From positions 69,576-133,575 of the forward strand of contig UQKM01000003.1 in NCBI GenBank assembly GCA_900541685.1: 64,000 bases of DNA. The letters run 5' to 3'. Each line of letters begins with the position of its first letter. The stretch's first letter is position 1. The notes beneath the pieces were generated by a model. It searched no databases, was not told the DNA's origin, and was given only the letters and a program-made list of their open reading frames with translations. Shown here piece after piece: positions 38,792-49,484 of the stretch. A program made the translations under genes and the position numbers. Origin of the DNA: an uncultured Collinsella sp. (GTDB taxonomy: Bacteria; Actinomycetota; Coriobacteriia; Coriobacteriales; Coriobacteriaceae).

Positions 38792-39643
38792 ATGCTTAAT
38801 GGGTGCGCATATATATTGACGGTCGACGTGGGCAACACGTTCATTCGCTTTGGCCTGTTTGCCGAGGATTCGGCCGCGGCACAGGAATGCCCGCTTGCGA
38901 CGTGCGAGATCACGACGCCGTCGAGCATCACGGCCGACGAGGCGCGCATGCGACTTGTGCAGGTCATGGGCGCGCTCGCCGCCGATGCGGGTGTGCCCGG
39001 GGTGCTCGTACCCGCGGCTGCTGTGCTGAGCTGCGTGGTCCCGGCGCTCGAGCGTCCGTGGAAGGCGGCGCTTTCCCGTACCTGCACGGGGCGCGTGCTC
39101 ACTGTGGGGCCGGGACTTAAGACCGGCATGCCCGTGCACTACGACGATCCTGCCGAGATCGGTCCCGACCGCATCGCCGATGCCGTGGCGGCCCGCGCCG
39201 TCTACGGCTCGCCGTGCATCGTGATCGACCTGGGCACGACGACCAATATCGAGGTGATCGACGCGCACGGCACCTTTGTCGGCGGCGTTATCGCGCCGGG
39301 GCTGGCGCTCGGCGCCCGTTCGCTCTCGGCCGCTGCGGCGCGCCTGCCTCAGGTCGAGCCTTCGGCGCCAACGCACGTCATCGGCCGCAACACGCGCGAG
39401 GCCATGCGCTCGGGCGTGGTCTTGGGCGAGGTGGCCCGCATCGACGGCATGCTCGACATGGTGCTTGCCGAGATGCGCGCGACCAAGGCCGCGGGGGAGG
39501 GTGATGTGCCCATCGTCATTACCGGCGACGATGCCGAGGCACTTGCGGCGCTGGTCGGCCATAGCCTGACGGTCGATGACGCGCTGACGCTGCGGGGCCT
39601 CGCCGAGCTCTACCGCATCAACCAAAAGCCCCGTCGCGCGTAG
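38792..39643 (+). CDS. coaX: type III pantothenate kinase
   Basis: LTVDVGNT N-terminal motif and PanK-III fold. ATG 9 nt after AAAGGAG. Confidence 0.85.
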   Translation: MLNGCAYILTVDVGNTFIRFGLFAEDSAAAQECPLATCEITTPSSITADEARMRLVQVMGALAADAGVPGVLVPAAAVLSCVVPALERPWKAALSRTCTGRVLTVGPGLKTGMPVHYDDPAEIGPDRIADAVAARAVYGSPCIVIDLGTTTNIEVIDAHGTFVGGVIAPGLALGARSLSAAAARLPQVEPSAPTHVIGRNTREAMRSGVVLGEVARIDGMLDMVLAEMRATKAAGEGDVPIVITGDDAEALAALVGHSLTVDDALTLRGLAELYRINQKPRRA

Positions 39644-39725
39644 CGATGGTGCGGTGGGACAAAAACGTCTCCACCTTTCACCTGCTACAATGGGTCAAAC
39701 TATTGCGATTTCGGAGGTGTCTGCC

Positions 39726-40250
39726 ATGTCGGACGATCTTCATCAAACCGCGTCGGGCAAGCGCCGCGACGTCATTAGCTGGGATGAGTTCTTTATGAGC
39801 GTGGCCATCGCCGCTCAGCGCCGCAGCAAGGACCCCAACACGCAGGTGGGCGCGTGCATCGCCAACACCAACCACCGCATCCTTTCGGTGGGCTACAACG
39901 GTACGCCCTCGGCGCTCAACGACGACTTTTTCCCGTGGGGCACGAGCGACGACCCGCTGCAGGACAAGCACAACTACGTGGTCCATGCCGAGGCCAACGC
40001 CGTGCTCAACTATCGCGGCTCGCTCAAAGACCTTGAGGGTTCCACAGTCTACGTCACGCTGTTTCCGTGCCACGACTGCGCCAAGATCCTGGCGCAGGTA
40101 GGCGTGGGCGAGGTCGTCTACCTGGACAACAAGTATGCCGATACCGACGACGGCCGTATCAGCCGCCGCATTCTCGACTCCTGCGGCATCAGCTACCGCC
40201 AGGTTATCGTCGATGTCCAGATTGGTACCGGGGGGCAGGCTCGGCAGTAG
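39726..40250 (+). CDS. dCMP deaminase (ComEB-like)
   Basis: Zinc-binding HAEANA and PCHDCAK motifs. Confidence 0.85.
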   Translation: MSDDLHQTASGKRRDVISWDEFFMSVAIAAQRRSKDPNTQVGACIANTNHRILSVGYNGTPSALNDDFFPWGTSDDPLQDKHNYVVHAEANAVLNYRGSLKDLEGSTVYVTLFPCHDCAKILAQVGVGEVVYLDNKYADTDDGRISRRILDSCGISYRQVIVDVQIGTGGQARQ

Positions 40251-40420
40251 CGCGTGCCAACGCCAGCTGGCGGCAAAACAGCCAAAAGAGCCCCGTCCCA
40301 AATTGACTGCTCGTGAAAGTCGTGTCCGCACGCATGGCTGGCGCCTAAGCGGGTACATGGCTGTAGTAACATAGCCCCTGTCCGCGGGCGTGCCCGCGTT
40401 ATTGTGAGAAAGGAGCCCCT

Positions 40421-40699
40421 GTGGCTGTTAACGAAGAGCTGCTTAAGAAGGTTCTTGAAGAGATTCGCCCCAACCTGCAGGCCGACGGCGGCGATATGGA
40501 GTATGTGGGCGTCGACGACGAGGGCGTCGTCAAGCTGGAGCTGCAGGGCGCCTGCGCCGGCTGCCCCATGAGCTCGCTGACCCTTTCCATGGGTATCGAG
40601 CGCATCCTGAAGGAGCACGTGCCCGGCGTTACCCGCGTTGAGCAGGTCAATGCTTCCGGCGAGGCCGAGGACCTGTACGACGAGTACGCGCCGTTCTAA
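40421..40699 (+). CDS. NifU-like (Nfu-type) Fe-S cluster assembly domain protein
   Basis: CAGC motif in an Nfu C-terminal-type fold. GTG start 6 nt after AAAGGAG. Confidence 0.75.
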   Translation: MAVNEELLKKVLEEIRPNLQADGGDMEYVGVDDEGVVKLELQGACAGCPMSSLTLSMGIERILKEHVPGVTRVEQVNASGEAEDLYDEYAPF

Positions 40700-40808
40700 G
40701 ATGCGAAAGCTGCGGACGGTACGCTTCGCATAGACGTTACGCCCAAATATGCGGCTGCGAGCGTAAGGCCCGCGGCCGCATTTGTATGTAGGGAGCAGGG
40801 GGATCGAT

Positions 40809-41630
40809 ATGCTCAACGACCTCTACCATATGCTTGATCCCGTCGCGATCTCGGCGGGCCCCATCACCATCTACTGGTACGGCCTGGCCTACGTGGTCGG
40901 TGCTCTGCTCACGGCGGTTGTTATGTACCGCACGCAGCGTCGTTGGGGCTTCGACATTACGATTGATGACCTGACGAGCGTCGTGGTCGGCGCGGTCTTT
41001 GGCCTCATCATCGGCGCGCGCCTGTTTTACGTCGTCTTTTACGGCGATGGCTACTATTGGACCCACCCGTTCGAAATCTTTGCCACCAACGAGGGCGGCA
41101 TGAGCTTCCACGGCGGCCTGGTGGGCGGCATCTTGGGCGGCATCATCGTGTGCCGCATGTACAAGCTCGACGCCTGGACCATCGCCGACCTTGCTGTGAT
41201 CGGTGCTCCGCTGGCGCTGTGCCTGGGACGCTGCGCCAACTTCGTCAACGGTGAGCTGTGGGGTAAGCCGACCGATCTGCCCTGGGGTGTGGTCTTTGGC
41301 GGCACCGCGGGCGATATGCCGCGCCATCCCTCCCAGCTCTACGAGGCGTTTCTAGAGGGCATTGTGCTCTTTTGCATCCTGCAGGTGCTCAGTCGCAAAA
41401 AACCGCTGCTGCCCCAGGGTACGTTTATGGGCGTCTTTGTGATGGGCTACGGCATCGTTCGCTTTTTGATTGAGTTTGTGCGCGTGCCCGATGAGCAGCT
41501 GGGCTATCTGCTGGGCGGCGTCATCACCATGGGTCAGCTGCTGAGCCTGCCGCTCGTAATCGCGGGCCTGGCGCTCATCATCTTCGCCCGACACCGCAAT
41601 CGCCCCCAGCGCATCTACCTCGACGTCTAA
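40809..41630 (+). CDS. lgt: prolipoprotein diacylglyceryl transferase
   Basis: Lgt signature (FHGGLVGGILGG...; GRCANFVNGELWG). Confidence 0.9.
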   Translation: MLNDLYHMLDPVAISAGPITIYWYGLAYVVGALLTAVVMYRTQRRWGFDITIDDLTSVVVGAVFGLIIGARLFYVVFYGDGYYWTHPFEIFATNEGGMSFHGGLVGGILGGIIVCRMYKLDAWTIADLAVIGAPLALCLGRCANFVNGELWGKPTDLPWGVVFGGTAGDMPRHPSQLYEAFLEGIVLFCILQVLSRKKPLLPQGTFMGVFVMGYGIVRFLIEFVRVPDEQLGYLLGGVITMGQLLSLPLVIAGLALIIFARHRNRPQRIYLDV

Positions 41631-41663
41631 CCACCACAAAGGGGACAGGCACCTTTGTGGTGG
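41631..41663 (+). repeat. hairpin repeat B2
   Basis: Identical to B1; starts 0 nt after the lgt stop and lies 46 nt from A4. Confidence 0.9.
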
Positions 41664-41709
41664 TCTGCTGGGCAACGACGACAGAACCGTAACGTTTTCC
41701 CAGATAAAA

Positions 41710-41742
41710 CCTGCCAAAATAAACCTGTCCCTTTTTGGCAGG
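41710..41742 (-). repeat. hairpin repeat A4 (reverse orientation)
   Basis: CCTGCCAAAATAAACCTGTCCCTTTTTGGCAGG, preceded by CCCAGATAAAA (the reverse complement of the conserved flank). Confidence 0.9.
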
Positions 41743-41766
41743 TTTCTAGAAAGGCTCTTTGGACTG

Positions 41767-43949
41767 TGAAGGATTCCGACCTCTCCACAACGGCTGCGCG
41801 CGACGCTGCCCGCATCGTCTGGTTTAAGCGCTACCCCGCCAAGCAGACGCTCATCGCATTTCTGCTCGCGCTGTTGGCGACCACGGCGTTTTCCATCGAT
41901 CCCGCGCCGGTCTCGAGCAACGCAGTCTTGGCGATTGACCCCAAAGCCTCGGGCATGCTGTACGTGTGCTACGAGGTGCTCCTCTCGTTTGCCGGCCATA
42001 CCGACGCGGTCATGCTGCTTGCGCTTGCCTGCCTGCTCACTCTGCCGTTTCGCTACGTATTCTTTGGCCGCGGCGATGCTTGGCGTCCTTCGGTGATCCT
42101 TCCGTCGCTGTTCTTTGCCGTCTGCATGGTGTTTGGCCGCAGCTACGACCTCACCGATTCTGCCGAGATCGTACTCGGCGACAAGGCTCGCATCATCTGC
42201 GCCTGGATAGGCGGTGCGGGCTGGATGCTCTTGGCGGTCGTTGCCTTCTACCTGGCTTTTGAGTGTCTAGATTGGCTGAGCTCTCGGCGCATTCCGTTTT
42301 CCGAAGCGCACTTTGGCCGCGTATGGCGTGTGGCTCACGCCGTACTCTCGGTCCATCCCTTTGCCGGGCCCTTCCTGGTGCTTATGGTCGCCTGGGCGCC
42401 CATGCTCATCGCTTCGCTGCCCGGCCTTTTTATGGGAGATACGGGTGCGCAGATTCGCCAGTGGTTCAACTACCCCAACGGCACGAGTGACTACCTGCGT
42501 CTGCTCAATCCCAATGTGTTGCTCAACGGACATCACCCCGTGGTGCACACGGCTATCATCGGTTCGTGCGTCCAGCTGGGGCTTTCACTGTTCAACAGTG
42601 CCAACGCAGGTCTTGCCATCTACACCTGCGCTCAGTTCGTCATTACGGCCGCCTGCATGGCCTATTCCATCTCGTCGCTGCGCAAGCTGGGCGTGAGCTT
42701 GCCGATCCGCGGCGTGATCTTGCTGTTCTTTGTGTTTATGCCCATGTTCTCCAACTACGCGGCCCTGCTTACCAAAGATGTGCTGTTTGCCGACGCGTTT
42801 TTGGTGCTGTTGGTGCAGACCGTGAAGCTCGTGGCCTGCGGCCTGCCCCGTCGCGATGCCAATGCCGAGCGTGCGGGCGAACAGAGGCCCGTACTCTTTG
42901 CGCGCCATGACTGGCTGCTGCTCGCTCTGGGTGCCATGGGTTCCACGTTTCTGCGCAACGGCGGCCTGGTGTTTCCCCTGGCGGCATGCGTAATCGCGGC
43001 GGCGTTTTGCGCATGGGACGCGCATGTGGCTCGTCGTGCAGTCAAGCAGGCCGGTGCTGCGCCTTCGGGCGCCATCTCACGTTTCCGCTGGGTGGGAGTT
43101 CTTGCGGTGCTTGGACTCTGCCTTGCCTCTAATATGTACTTCACCAAGGTCTTTATGCCGGCGCACGACATTACGCCTGGTTCCAAGCGCGAAATCCTCT
43201 CGATTCCGTTCCAGCAGACGGCTCGTTTCGTCCAAAAGCACGACGGCCTCAACTCGGGTGTCAACCCTACGGTTAAGGAGGACGGTACTATCGTGGAGGC
43301 TCCTTGCGACGGCTTGGTGACCGACGAAGAGCGTGCCGTGATCGACCGTGTGCTCAAGTACGACAATCTGGGCCGCCGCTACAACCCGGATAAGTCGGAC
43401 GCCGTCAAAAATTGCTTTAACGAGTACGCCTCGCAGGAGGACATCAAGGCCTATTTTGAGGTCTGGGCGCAGATGTTCAAAAAGGATCCCGAGTGCTACA
43501 TCTCGGCGCTCATCAATAACTACTACGGCTACTTTTATCCGAGTGCCCGCGATGCGTGGGTCTACAGCACGGCGCGCAGTGCCGAGATTATGGCGAAGCC
43601 CGATAACCTCAAGTACTTTGACTTCCATCCGGTCGATAGCAAGGTTGTGCGCTGGTGCGACCACCTGATCAACCTGTATCGCGTGGCGGTGCAGCGCATT
43701 CCGTTTATCTCGCTCACCATGAGCTCGGCCACCTATGTGTGGATTATGATCGCCGTGGTGGTCTATCTGCTACGTCGTCATTCATGGCGCGGTCTGGCCA
43801 TTTGGTTGCCGCTGCTGGGCGTGCTTGCCGTGTGCCTGATCGGTCCCTGCAACGGTTCGACCTATATGCGCTACCTGTATCCGGTTATCGCCTGCATGCC
43901 CTTTGCCATCGGCGCCACCATCACTCGCAGCGACCTCCTCTGGTCCTAA
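41767..43949 (+). CDS. large polytopic membrane protein (about 730 aa; possible YfhO/DUF6020-like glycosyltransferase-type membrane protein). Start uncertain
   Basis: Many TM helices N-terminally plus a C-terminal soluble region. The annotated ORF start at 41655 is a translation of repeat elements B2 and A4, so the real start lies downstream (GTG 41767 or later). Confidence 0.55.
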
Positions 43950-43950
43950 T

Positions 43951-43983
43951 TTGGTGCAAAGGGGACAGGTTACTTTGCACCAA
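43951..43983 (+). repeat. hairpin repeat C (TTGGTGCAAAGGGGACAGGTTACTTTGCACCAA)
   Basis: Same loop motif with a third stem sequence; starts 1 nt after the large membrane protein stop. Confidence 0.85.
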
Positions 43984-44114
43984 AGGGTGGCATCATCACG
44001 ACGCCTTCATTTTGGGGTTTATCTCGCAGGCCAGTAGGTATATCATAACGACGTTTGTTTATATTGCCCGAGCATCTGCGCTGGGCTTTAGGTCGAAACC
44101 GATAGGAGACACGT

Positions 44115-44921
44115 ATGTCCGGACACTCTAAGTGGGCCACAACCAAGCATCGTAAGGGCGCGCAGGACGCCAAGCGTTCCGCCCTCTTCTCCAAGCTGAG
44201 CCGCAACATCACCGTTGCTGCCCGTCTCGGCGGTGACCCGCTGCCCGAGAACAACGCCAGCCTCGCCGCTGCCGTTGCTAAGGCCAAGGCTCAGTCCATG
44301 CCCAAGGACAAGATCAAGTCCGCTATCGACAAGGCCTTTGGTTCGGGTGCCGATGCCGCCGTCTACGAGAACATCGTGTACGAGGGCTATGGTCCCGCCG
44401 GTGTCGCCGTCTATGTTGACTGCCTGACCGACAACCGCAACCGTACTGCCGCCGATGTCCGTTCCGCCTTCTCCCACGCTGGTGGCAACCTGGGCACCTC
44501 CGGCTCCGTCGCCTTCCAGTTTGAGCGCAAGGGCCAGATCGTCGTCGCCAAGGAGATCCTGGACGAGAACGCCAAGAAGGAGACCATGATCGCCAACGGT
44601 GCTGCCGGTGACGAGGATGAGTTCATGATGGCAATCGCCGAGGCCGGTGGCGAGGACTACGAGGACGCCGGCGAGGAGTGGATCGTCTGGACCGCCGCTA
44701 ACGAGGTCATGGCTGTCTCCAAGGCGCTCGAGGAGCAGGGCGTCCAGGTCAAGGGCTCCGAGACCACCATGGTCCCGACCACCCCGACCGAGGTTTCCGG
44801 TGCCGACGCCAAGAAGGTTCAGCGCCTCATCGACCGTCTCGAGGAGCTCGACGACGTCCAGGACGTCTACAGCACCATGGACATGACCGACGAGGTCATC
44901 GCTGCCCTCGAGGAGGAGTAG
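44115..44921 (+). CDS. yebC: YebC/PmpR family DNA-binding transcriptional regulator
   Basis: MSGHSKWATTKHRKG N-terminal signature. Confidence 0.9.
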   Translation: MSGHSKWATTKHRKGAQDAKRSALFSKLSRNITVAARLGGDPLPENNASLAAAVAKAKAQSMPKDKIKSAIDKAFGSGADAAVYENIVYEGYGPAGVAVYVDCLTDNRNRTAADVRSAFSHAGGNLGTSGSVAFQFERKGQIVVAKEILDENAKKETMIANGAAGDEDEFMMAIAEAGGEDYEDAGEEWIVWTAANEVMAVSKALEEQGVQVKGSETTMVPTTPTEVSGADAKKVQRLIDRLEELDDVQDVYSTMDMTDEVIAALEEE

Positions 44922-45087
44922 CGCCTGCACGGGTTAAGCCGTGCATATCTGGGCATAATGAAGCGAGCATGCAAGCCTCGTGGAATAGATGAGCCGGATC
45001 CGCGTGCGTATGGCACCGGACCCGGCTCTTTTATAATGATGCGAATCGTTTTGCATTCTGTGGATCGAGATTTGAAGGGAGCGCCGC

Positions 45088-45633
45088 ATGCGCGTGCTCA
45101 AACGAGCCCTAGCGATCGTATATCTTGCCGCCGCCGTCGTGGCGCTGGGCACGTTGGTCTGCCAGTTTTGGGGGCCATATACCTACCGCTTTATGCTGCT
45201 GATGCGTGACCCTATGCCGCGCATTGTCGTTACGGTGTGCGCCGGTGTCGTGGCGCTCGGCGTGCTGGCGGTCTTCTTCCGCCTGATGTTTGCTCGCCGC
45301 GAGCCGTCCTGCGTGCATCCGGCAGGGGAGCGCAATATCGAGGTCACGCTCGCGGCTCTCTCCTCGTGTGCCCGCGCTGCTGCCGAACGCGATGACCGCG
45401 TGATGGTCGAGCATATCGAGGCGCGTGTTCAGGGTTCCGACGAATCGCACGTTCGTTTTAAGGTCGAAGCCATCGCGCTCGATGATAAAGACGTTGCTTC
45501 CCTTGCCACTGCGATGCAGCAGCGTATCGAGCGGGCCTGCGACACCATGCTCGGTACGCCGGGCACGACTGCGCGCGTTCGCTTTTTGCCGTCCAAGACT
45601 ACCGTCCAGACCGTGGAGGTTTCCGGTGAGTGA
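45088..45633 (+). CDS. AmaP-like alkaline-shock-response membrane anchor protein
   Basis: About 180 aa with two N-terminal TM helices, upstream of DUF2273 and Asp23 genes in the conserved operon order. ATG after GAAGGGAG. Confidence 0.5.
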   Translation: MRVLKRALAIVYLAAAVVALGTLVCQFWGPYTYRFMLLMRDPMPRIVVTVCAGVVALGVLAVFFRLMFARREPSCVHPAGERNIEVTLAALSSCARAAAERDDRVMVEHIEARVQGSDESHVRFKVEAIALDDKDVASLATAMQQRIERACDTMLGTPGTTARVRFLPSKTTVQTVEVSGE

Positions 45634-46003
45634 TACCAACCAAGACAAGACCGCCCGCACGCCGCGCCTGACGATCGATCAGAACGCTACGCCGGCAGGC
45701 GAGTCCGCCGACACCAAGCCCGAGGCCGGCGAGCAGCACGACAGCGCCGCCAACGACTTTGACGAGGCCATGGGTCTCATCAAAGGTACGGGCGCTGCTA
45801 TCTGGAGCTACGCCGTGCGCCACCCCAACACTACGCTCGGCGCCGTGGCAGGCTTTATCCTCGCCGTGCTGGTACTTACGTTGGGCCTGTGGGACACGCT
45901 CGTCATCGCATTCTTTGTGCTTATCGGTGCCGTGATCGGCCAGATTCGCGACGGCGAGAACGGTATCGTCAACTTCTTCGGCCGTCTGTTTAGCGGCCGC
46001 TAA
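45627..46003 (+). CDS. DUF2273-like small integral membrane protein
   Basis: GTG overlaps the upstream stop. Two TM helices near the C-terminus. Confidence 0.5.
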
Positions 46004-46048
46004 ATATGTATTCGACTGTCGCATCCGCGGCAGGCATAAGGAGGAACC

Positions 46049-46573
46049 ATGGCTTTTAACACGAAGGTCGATGTGGCCGATACCGAGCTCGAAGCGAATG
46101 AGGCCGTCGTCGATACCGGAGACGTGACGCTCGAGGACGAGGCGCTCGTCGAGGCCGAGTCCGATGCGGACGAGGACAACGAGGAGATGGACGAGGAGGC
46201 GGACGAGTCCGAGGACTCGCTGACCTATTCCAACGGCGTGATCGAGAAGATCGTCGCCATGGCCACCCGCGAGGTGCCGCACGTTCTGGGCATGAAGGGC
46301 AACCTCATGCACTTTGTGCAGGAGCAGTTTGGTGCCGAGAACCTGACCAAGGGCGTGACGGTCGAGGTCACCGACGACAACCGCGTGGTCGTCAACATCT
46401 CGGTCATCATCGAGTACGGCGCCTATGCGCCTGCGATCTTTGACGACGTTAAGGCGCGTGTCACCGAGCGTCTGGCCGCGATGACCGGCCTTGAGGTGGC
46501 GGGCGTCAACCTGCGCATCGAGGATGTCATCACCCCCGAGGAGTACGAGCACCGCACCAGCCAGCACGAGTAA
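46049..46573 (+). CDS. Asp23/Gls24 family alkaline shock protein
   Basis: LTYSNGVIEKIVAMATREV Asp23 core plus an acidic N-terminal tract. SD AAGGAGGAA. Confidence 0.85.
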   Translation: MAFNTKVDVADTELEANEAVVDTGDVTLEDEALVEAESDADEDNEEMDEEADESEDSLTYSNGVIEKIVAMATREVPHVLGMKGNLMHFVQEQFGAENLTKGVTVEVTDDNRVVVNISVIIEYGAYAPAIFDDVKARVTERLAAMTGLEVAGVNLRIEDVITPEEYEHRTSQHE

Positions 46574-46606
46574 CCTACCAAAAAGGGACAGGTTTGTTTT
46601 GGCAGG
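46574..46606 (+). repeat. hairpin repeat A5
   Basis: CCTACCAAAAAGGGACAGGTTTGTTTTGGCAGG, starting 0 nt after the asp23 stop. Confidence 0.9.
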
Positions 46607-46627
46607 TTTTATCTGCGTAAACGTCAA

Positions 46628-46670
46628 ACGGCCGGTCGCGCATGCAAAAGCGCGGCCGGCCGTTTTCTAT
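46628..46670 (+). terminator. intrinsic terminator after the Asp23 operon
   Basis: ACGGCCGGTCGCGC-atgcaaaa-GCGCGGCCGGCCGT followed by TTTCTATAT. Confidence 0.75.
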
Positions 46671-46780
46671 ATGCCCTCGATGCGGTCATACCGCTCGTCT
46701 AACTAAGGGTTGCAATCTTCGCGTTCCGCGTTACCCTAATGGGCGCATTGTTTCCAAATTGTTAACGAGGGGTTGCCGTA

Positions 46781-47803
46781 ATGGCCGACGAACACGAGAC
46801 CGAAAGCAAGGCATGGGCGATTGAAGCCGCTGCGGCAGAGGCGGCGTCGCGTGCCGCCGAGGAGGTACATCGTCCTCCGGTGGTGCCGATGGAGCGCGTT
46901 GTCGGTCGCGAGGATATCGAACGTGGCGAGCGCGCCGGCCGCAAGCGCAGCCAGGAGCCAGGCTTTCCGCGCTTTTTTGCCGAGCTCAATCTGGGCCTGA
47001 TTCTCACGGCGTTCGCCATCGTGGCCTTTAAAACCCCCAATCACTTTGCCTTCGGCGGCACCTCGGGCGTGTCGGTCATTCTTTCCACGCTGTTCCCGAC
47101 CCTGCCCGTCGGCGTCTTTATGTGGATTATCAACGCGGTCCTGGTCGTTCTGGGCTTTATCTTTTTGGAGCGCAAGGCGATTCTGTGGAGCGTCTTCGCT
47201 TCGTTTGCGCTTTCGGCCTACGTCTCGCTGTTTGAGCTCTTCATTCCGACGGATGTTTCGATGACGGGTGATATGTGGCTCGACCTGTGCTTTGCCGTCA
47301 TCTTGCCGGCGCTCGGCAGCGCTATTGTCTTTGATATCGGCGCCTCGACGGGTGGCACGGACATTCTTGCCATGATCCTCAAACGCCGCACCACGCTCGA
47401 GATTGGCCGCGCGCTGCTGCTGGTCGATATCGGCATCGTAACCATCGCGGCTTTCCTGTATGGCCCGCGCGTTGGCCTGTACTGCGTGCTTGGCCTGTTT
47501 GCCAAGACGCTCGTGGTCGATAAGGCTATCGAGAGCATTCACCTTCGTAAGGTCTGCACGATCATTTGCGCCGAACCGCGAAAAGTCGAGGAGTTTATTG
47601 TCAAGCATCTCAACCGCACGGCAACGATCAGCCGTGGCTACGGCGCCTTCTCGGGCAAGTGCGTCACGGTGATTATGAGCGTGCTGAGCCGTCGCGAGGC
47701 AGTGCAGCTGCGCCGCTATACCCGCGAGATTGACCCTGGCGCCTTCATCACCATCGTCGATAGCTCCGAAATCGTCGGCAAGGGCTTCCGCGGCACGAAC
47801 TAG
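46781..47803 (+). CDS. YitT-family membrane protein (DUF161 + DUF2179) with about 60-aa N-terminal extension
   Basis: Conserved YitT membrane core and C-terminal DUF2179-type domain (TISRGYGAFSG). Confidence 0.8.
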   Translation: MADEHETESKAWAIEAAAAEAASRAAEEVHRPPVVPMERVVGREDIERGERAGRKRSQEPGFPRFFAELNLGLILTAFAIVAFKTPNHFAFGGTSGVSVILSTLFPTLPVGVFMWIINAVLVVLGFIFLERKAILWSVFASFALSAYVSLFELFIPTDVSMTGDMWLDLCFAVILPALGSAIVFDIGASTGGTDILAMILKRRTTLEIGRALLLVDIGIVTIAAFLYGPRVGLYCVLGLFAKTLVVDKAIESIHLRKVCTIICAEPRKVEEFIVKHLNRTATISRGYGAFSGKCVTVIMSVLSRREAVQLRRYTREIDPGAFITIVDSSEIVGKGFRGTN

Positions 47804-47953
47804 CCCTGGTGCGCGCTTCGAATCATTGAATAAAGCCACCTGCGTTGCAAATCGGCCATCTTGGAGTATTTGTCCCCACATTGGGCGATAATGTTGCCAA
47901 AGACATCGTTTGCGATCCAGGTGATTCGCTCTAGATACGAAGGGATGATTTCG

Positions 47954-49315
47954 ATGTTCTGTTCGCAGTGTGGCGCCCCCATGGGCGATAACGACAAGTT
48001 CTGTGGCGCGTGCGGCGCTCCTAATGCCGGTGCTGCAACCCCTGCTCCTCAGGGGCAGTCTCAGCCTCAGCAGTTTGTTCCTCAGCCTAACGTGAACGTG
48101 CCCAAGGGCTGTGTAGCTCAGGCGTTTGAAGACATGACCAAGACGCCGGGCGTGCTGCAGCGCGTGTGCCAGATTGCCTTTTTGCCGGCGCTCATCTGTG
48201 TCGTGTCGGTGCTCGTGCTCTTCATTCCCGTTATCGGCGGTATCGCGGCTGCCTTCGGCTTTTTGGCTGCCTGTGTGGCAAGCGCGTGCGGTTCTGGCTT
48301 TGGCATCGAATGGGGTCGCGACCTGTCGCTCAAGGTCGATGACGGCATGGATCGTCCGTTGATGCGTTCCACGTCGTTTGGCCTTGGCGTCTTTTCGGGC
48401 GTTATTTCGAGCGTGCTCAAGGTTATCGCGGCTATTCCCGTTATTGGTGTAGCGCTTTCGCTGGTGGAGAGCGTGGTAATTGGTGCCGCGGGTGCGTACT
48501 CTTATTACGGCTCCTATGCGCTTGAGGCCGCTCTATTTGGCTCGCTGGGCCTGTTTGTTCTGGCTATGATTGCCACGGCGGTCCTGGGTGTCTTCTTTAC
48601 TATGTTCGCCGACATCGCCGTGATGCACTTTGCGGTGACCGGTCGCGTCGAGAGCGCGTTTTCGCTCGATAAGGTCTGGGCGGCCTTTAAGAACAATAAG
48701 ACCAAGCTGTTCTGCGCATCGTTCCTTCCCGAGTTTTTGACGGGTCTGGTCGCCAACGTTATCACATGGATCCTGACGCTCGTCTTTGGCACCATTGCCT
48801 CTGTCGGTATGTATAGCTACTACTACCGTCCTACGGCTATTGAGGCGCTTGTTACCGGCGGTGGCATTACGCTCGTATTGTTCTTGGTGCTGACGGCGTT
48901 TGTCACGGTATTCCTTACGGTCTTTGGCAACATGCTCAAGCATCGTGCCGTTGGCTATTGGGTGGCGCGCTACGCAAGCGAGTGGGCCGACGAGGACAAG
49001 GACGACGTCCTGACCTTTGTGCTGCCGTTTGAGAAGAAGTCTGCTCCTTCGGGTTACAGCGCTCCGGATGCTTCGCCGGCACCTGCGCCCGAGCCCGAGC
49101 CCGCGCCCGAGTCTGCGCCTGAGCCTGCACCCGAGCCGGCGCCTGTGCCTGAGCCGGCACCCGCACCTGCGCCTGCAACGTCGCCCGCGCCGAGTTCTGC
49201 TCCCGAGCAGGAGTGCCCGCCTGTTGGCGAACCTGCTGAGCAGACTGCGCCGGCGTTGGGCGATAAGGGCGATCAGGCAGCGACCGATCAGCCCGAAGAA
49301 GACCAGGCCGAATAG
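47954..49315 (+). CDS. zinc-ribbon + DUF4013-like membrane protein with C-terminal (P-A/E-P-E) tandem-repeat tail
   Basis: N-terminal CSQCGAP...CGACGAP zinc ribbon, multi-TM core, and a C-terminal PAPEPEPAPESAPEPAPEPAPVPEPAPAPAPA tract encoded by 6/12-nt DNA repeats at about 49080-49200. Confidence 0.65.
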   Translation: MFCSQCGAPMGDNDKFCGACGAPNAGAATPAPQGQSQPQQFVPQPNVNVPKGCVAQAFEDMTKTPGVLQRVCQIAFLPALICVVSVLVLFIPVIGGIAAAFGFLAACVASACGSGFGIEWGRDLSLKVDDGMDRPLMRSTSFGLGVFSGVISSVLKVIAAIPVIGVALSLVESVVIGAAGAYSYYGSYALEAALFGSLGLFVLAMIATAVLGVFFTMFADIAVMHFAVTGRVESAFSLDKVWAAFKNNKTKLFCASFLPEFLTGLVANVITWILTLVFGTIASVGMYSYYYRPTAIEALVTGGGITLVLFLVLTAFVTVFLTVFGNMLKHRAVGYWVARYASEWADEDKDDVLTFVLPFEKKSAPSGYSAPDASPAPAPEPEPAPESAPEPAPEPAPVPEPAPAPAPATSPAPSSAPEQECPPVGEPAEQTAPALGDKGDQAATDQPEEDQAE

Positions 49316-49484
49316 CTTGAGGGGGGCTGCGGTCCAGAGTGCCTAAGGCCATGGTCCGTTTTAGCCGATGCCGCCGGGTTGGTTGCCTTCATTTTGGTAA
49401 TCGACCCGGCGTGATTGAAGGTATCCCGTTGGGATGCGGCATGTGAGACCAAAGACGCATGTCGTCTTATGGGAAGGAGGATCT

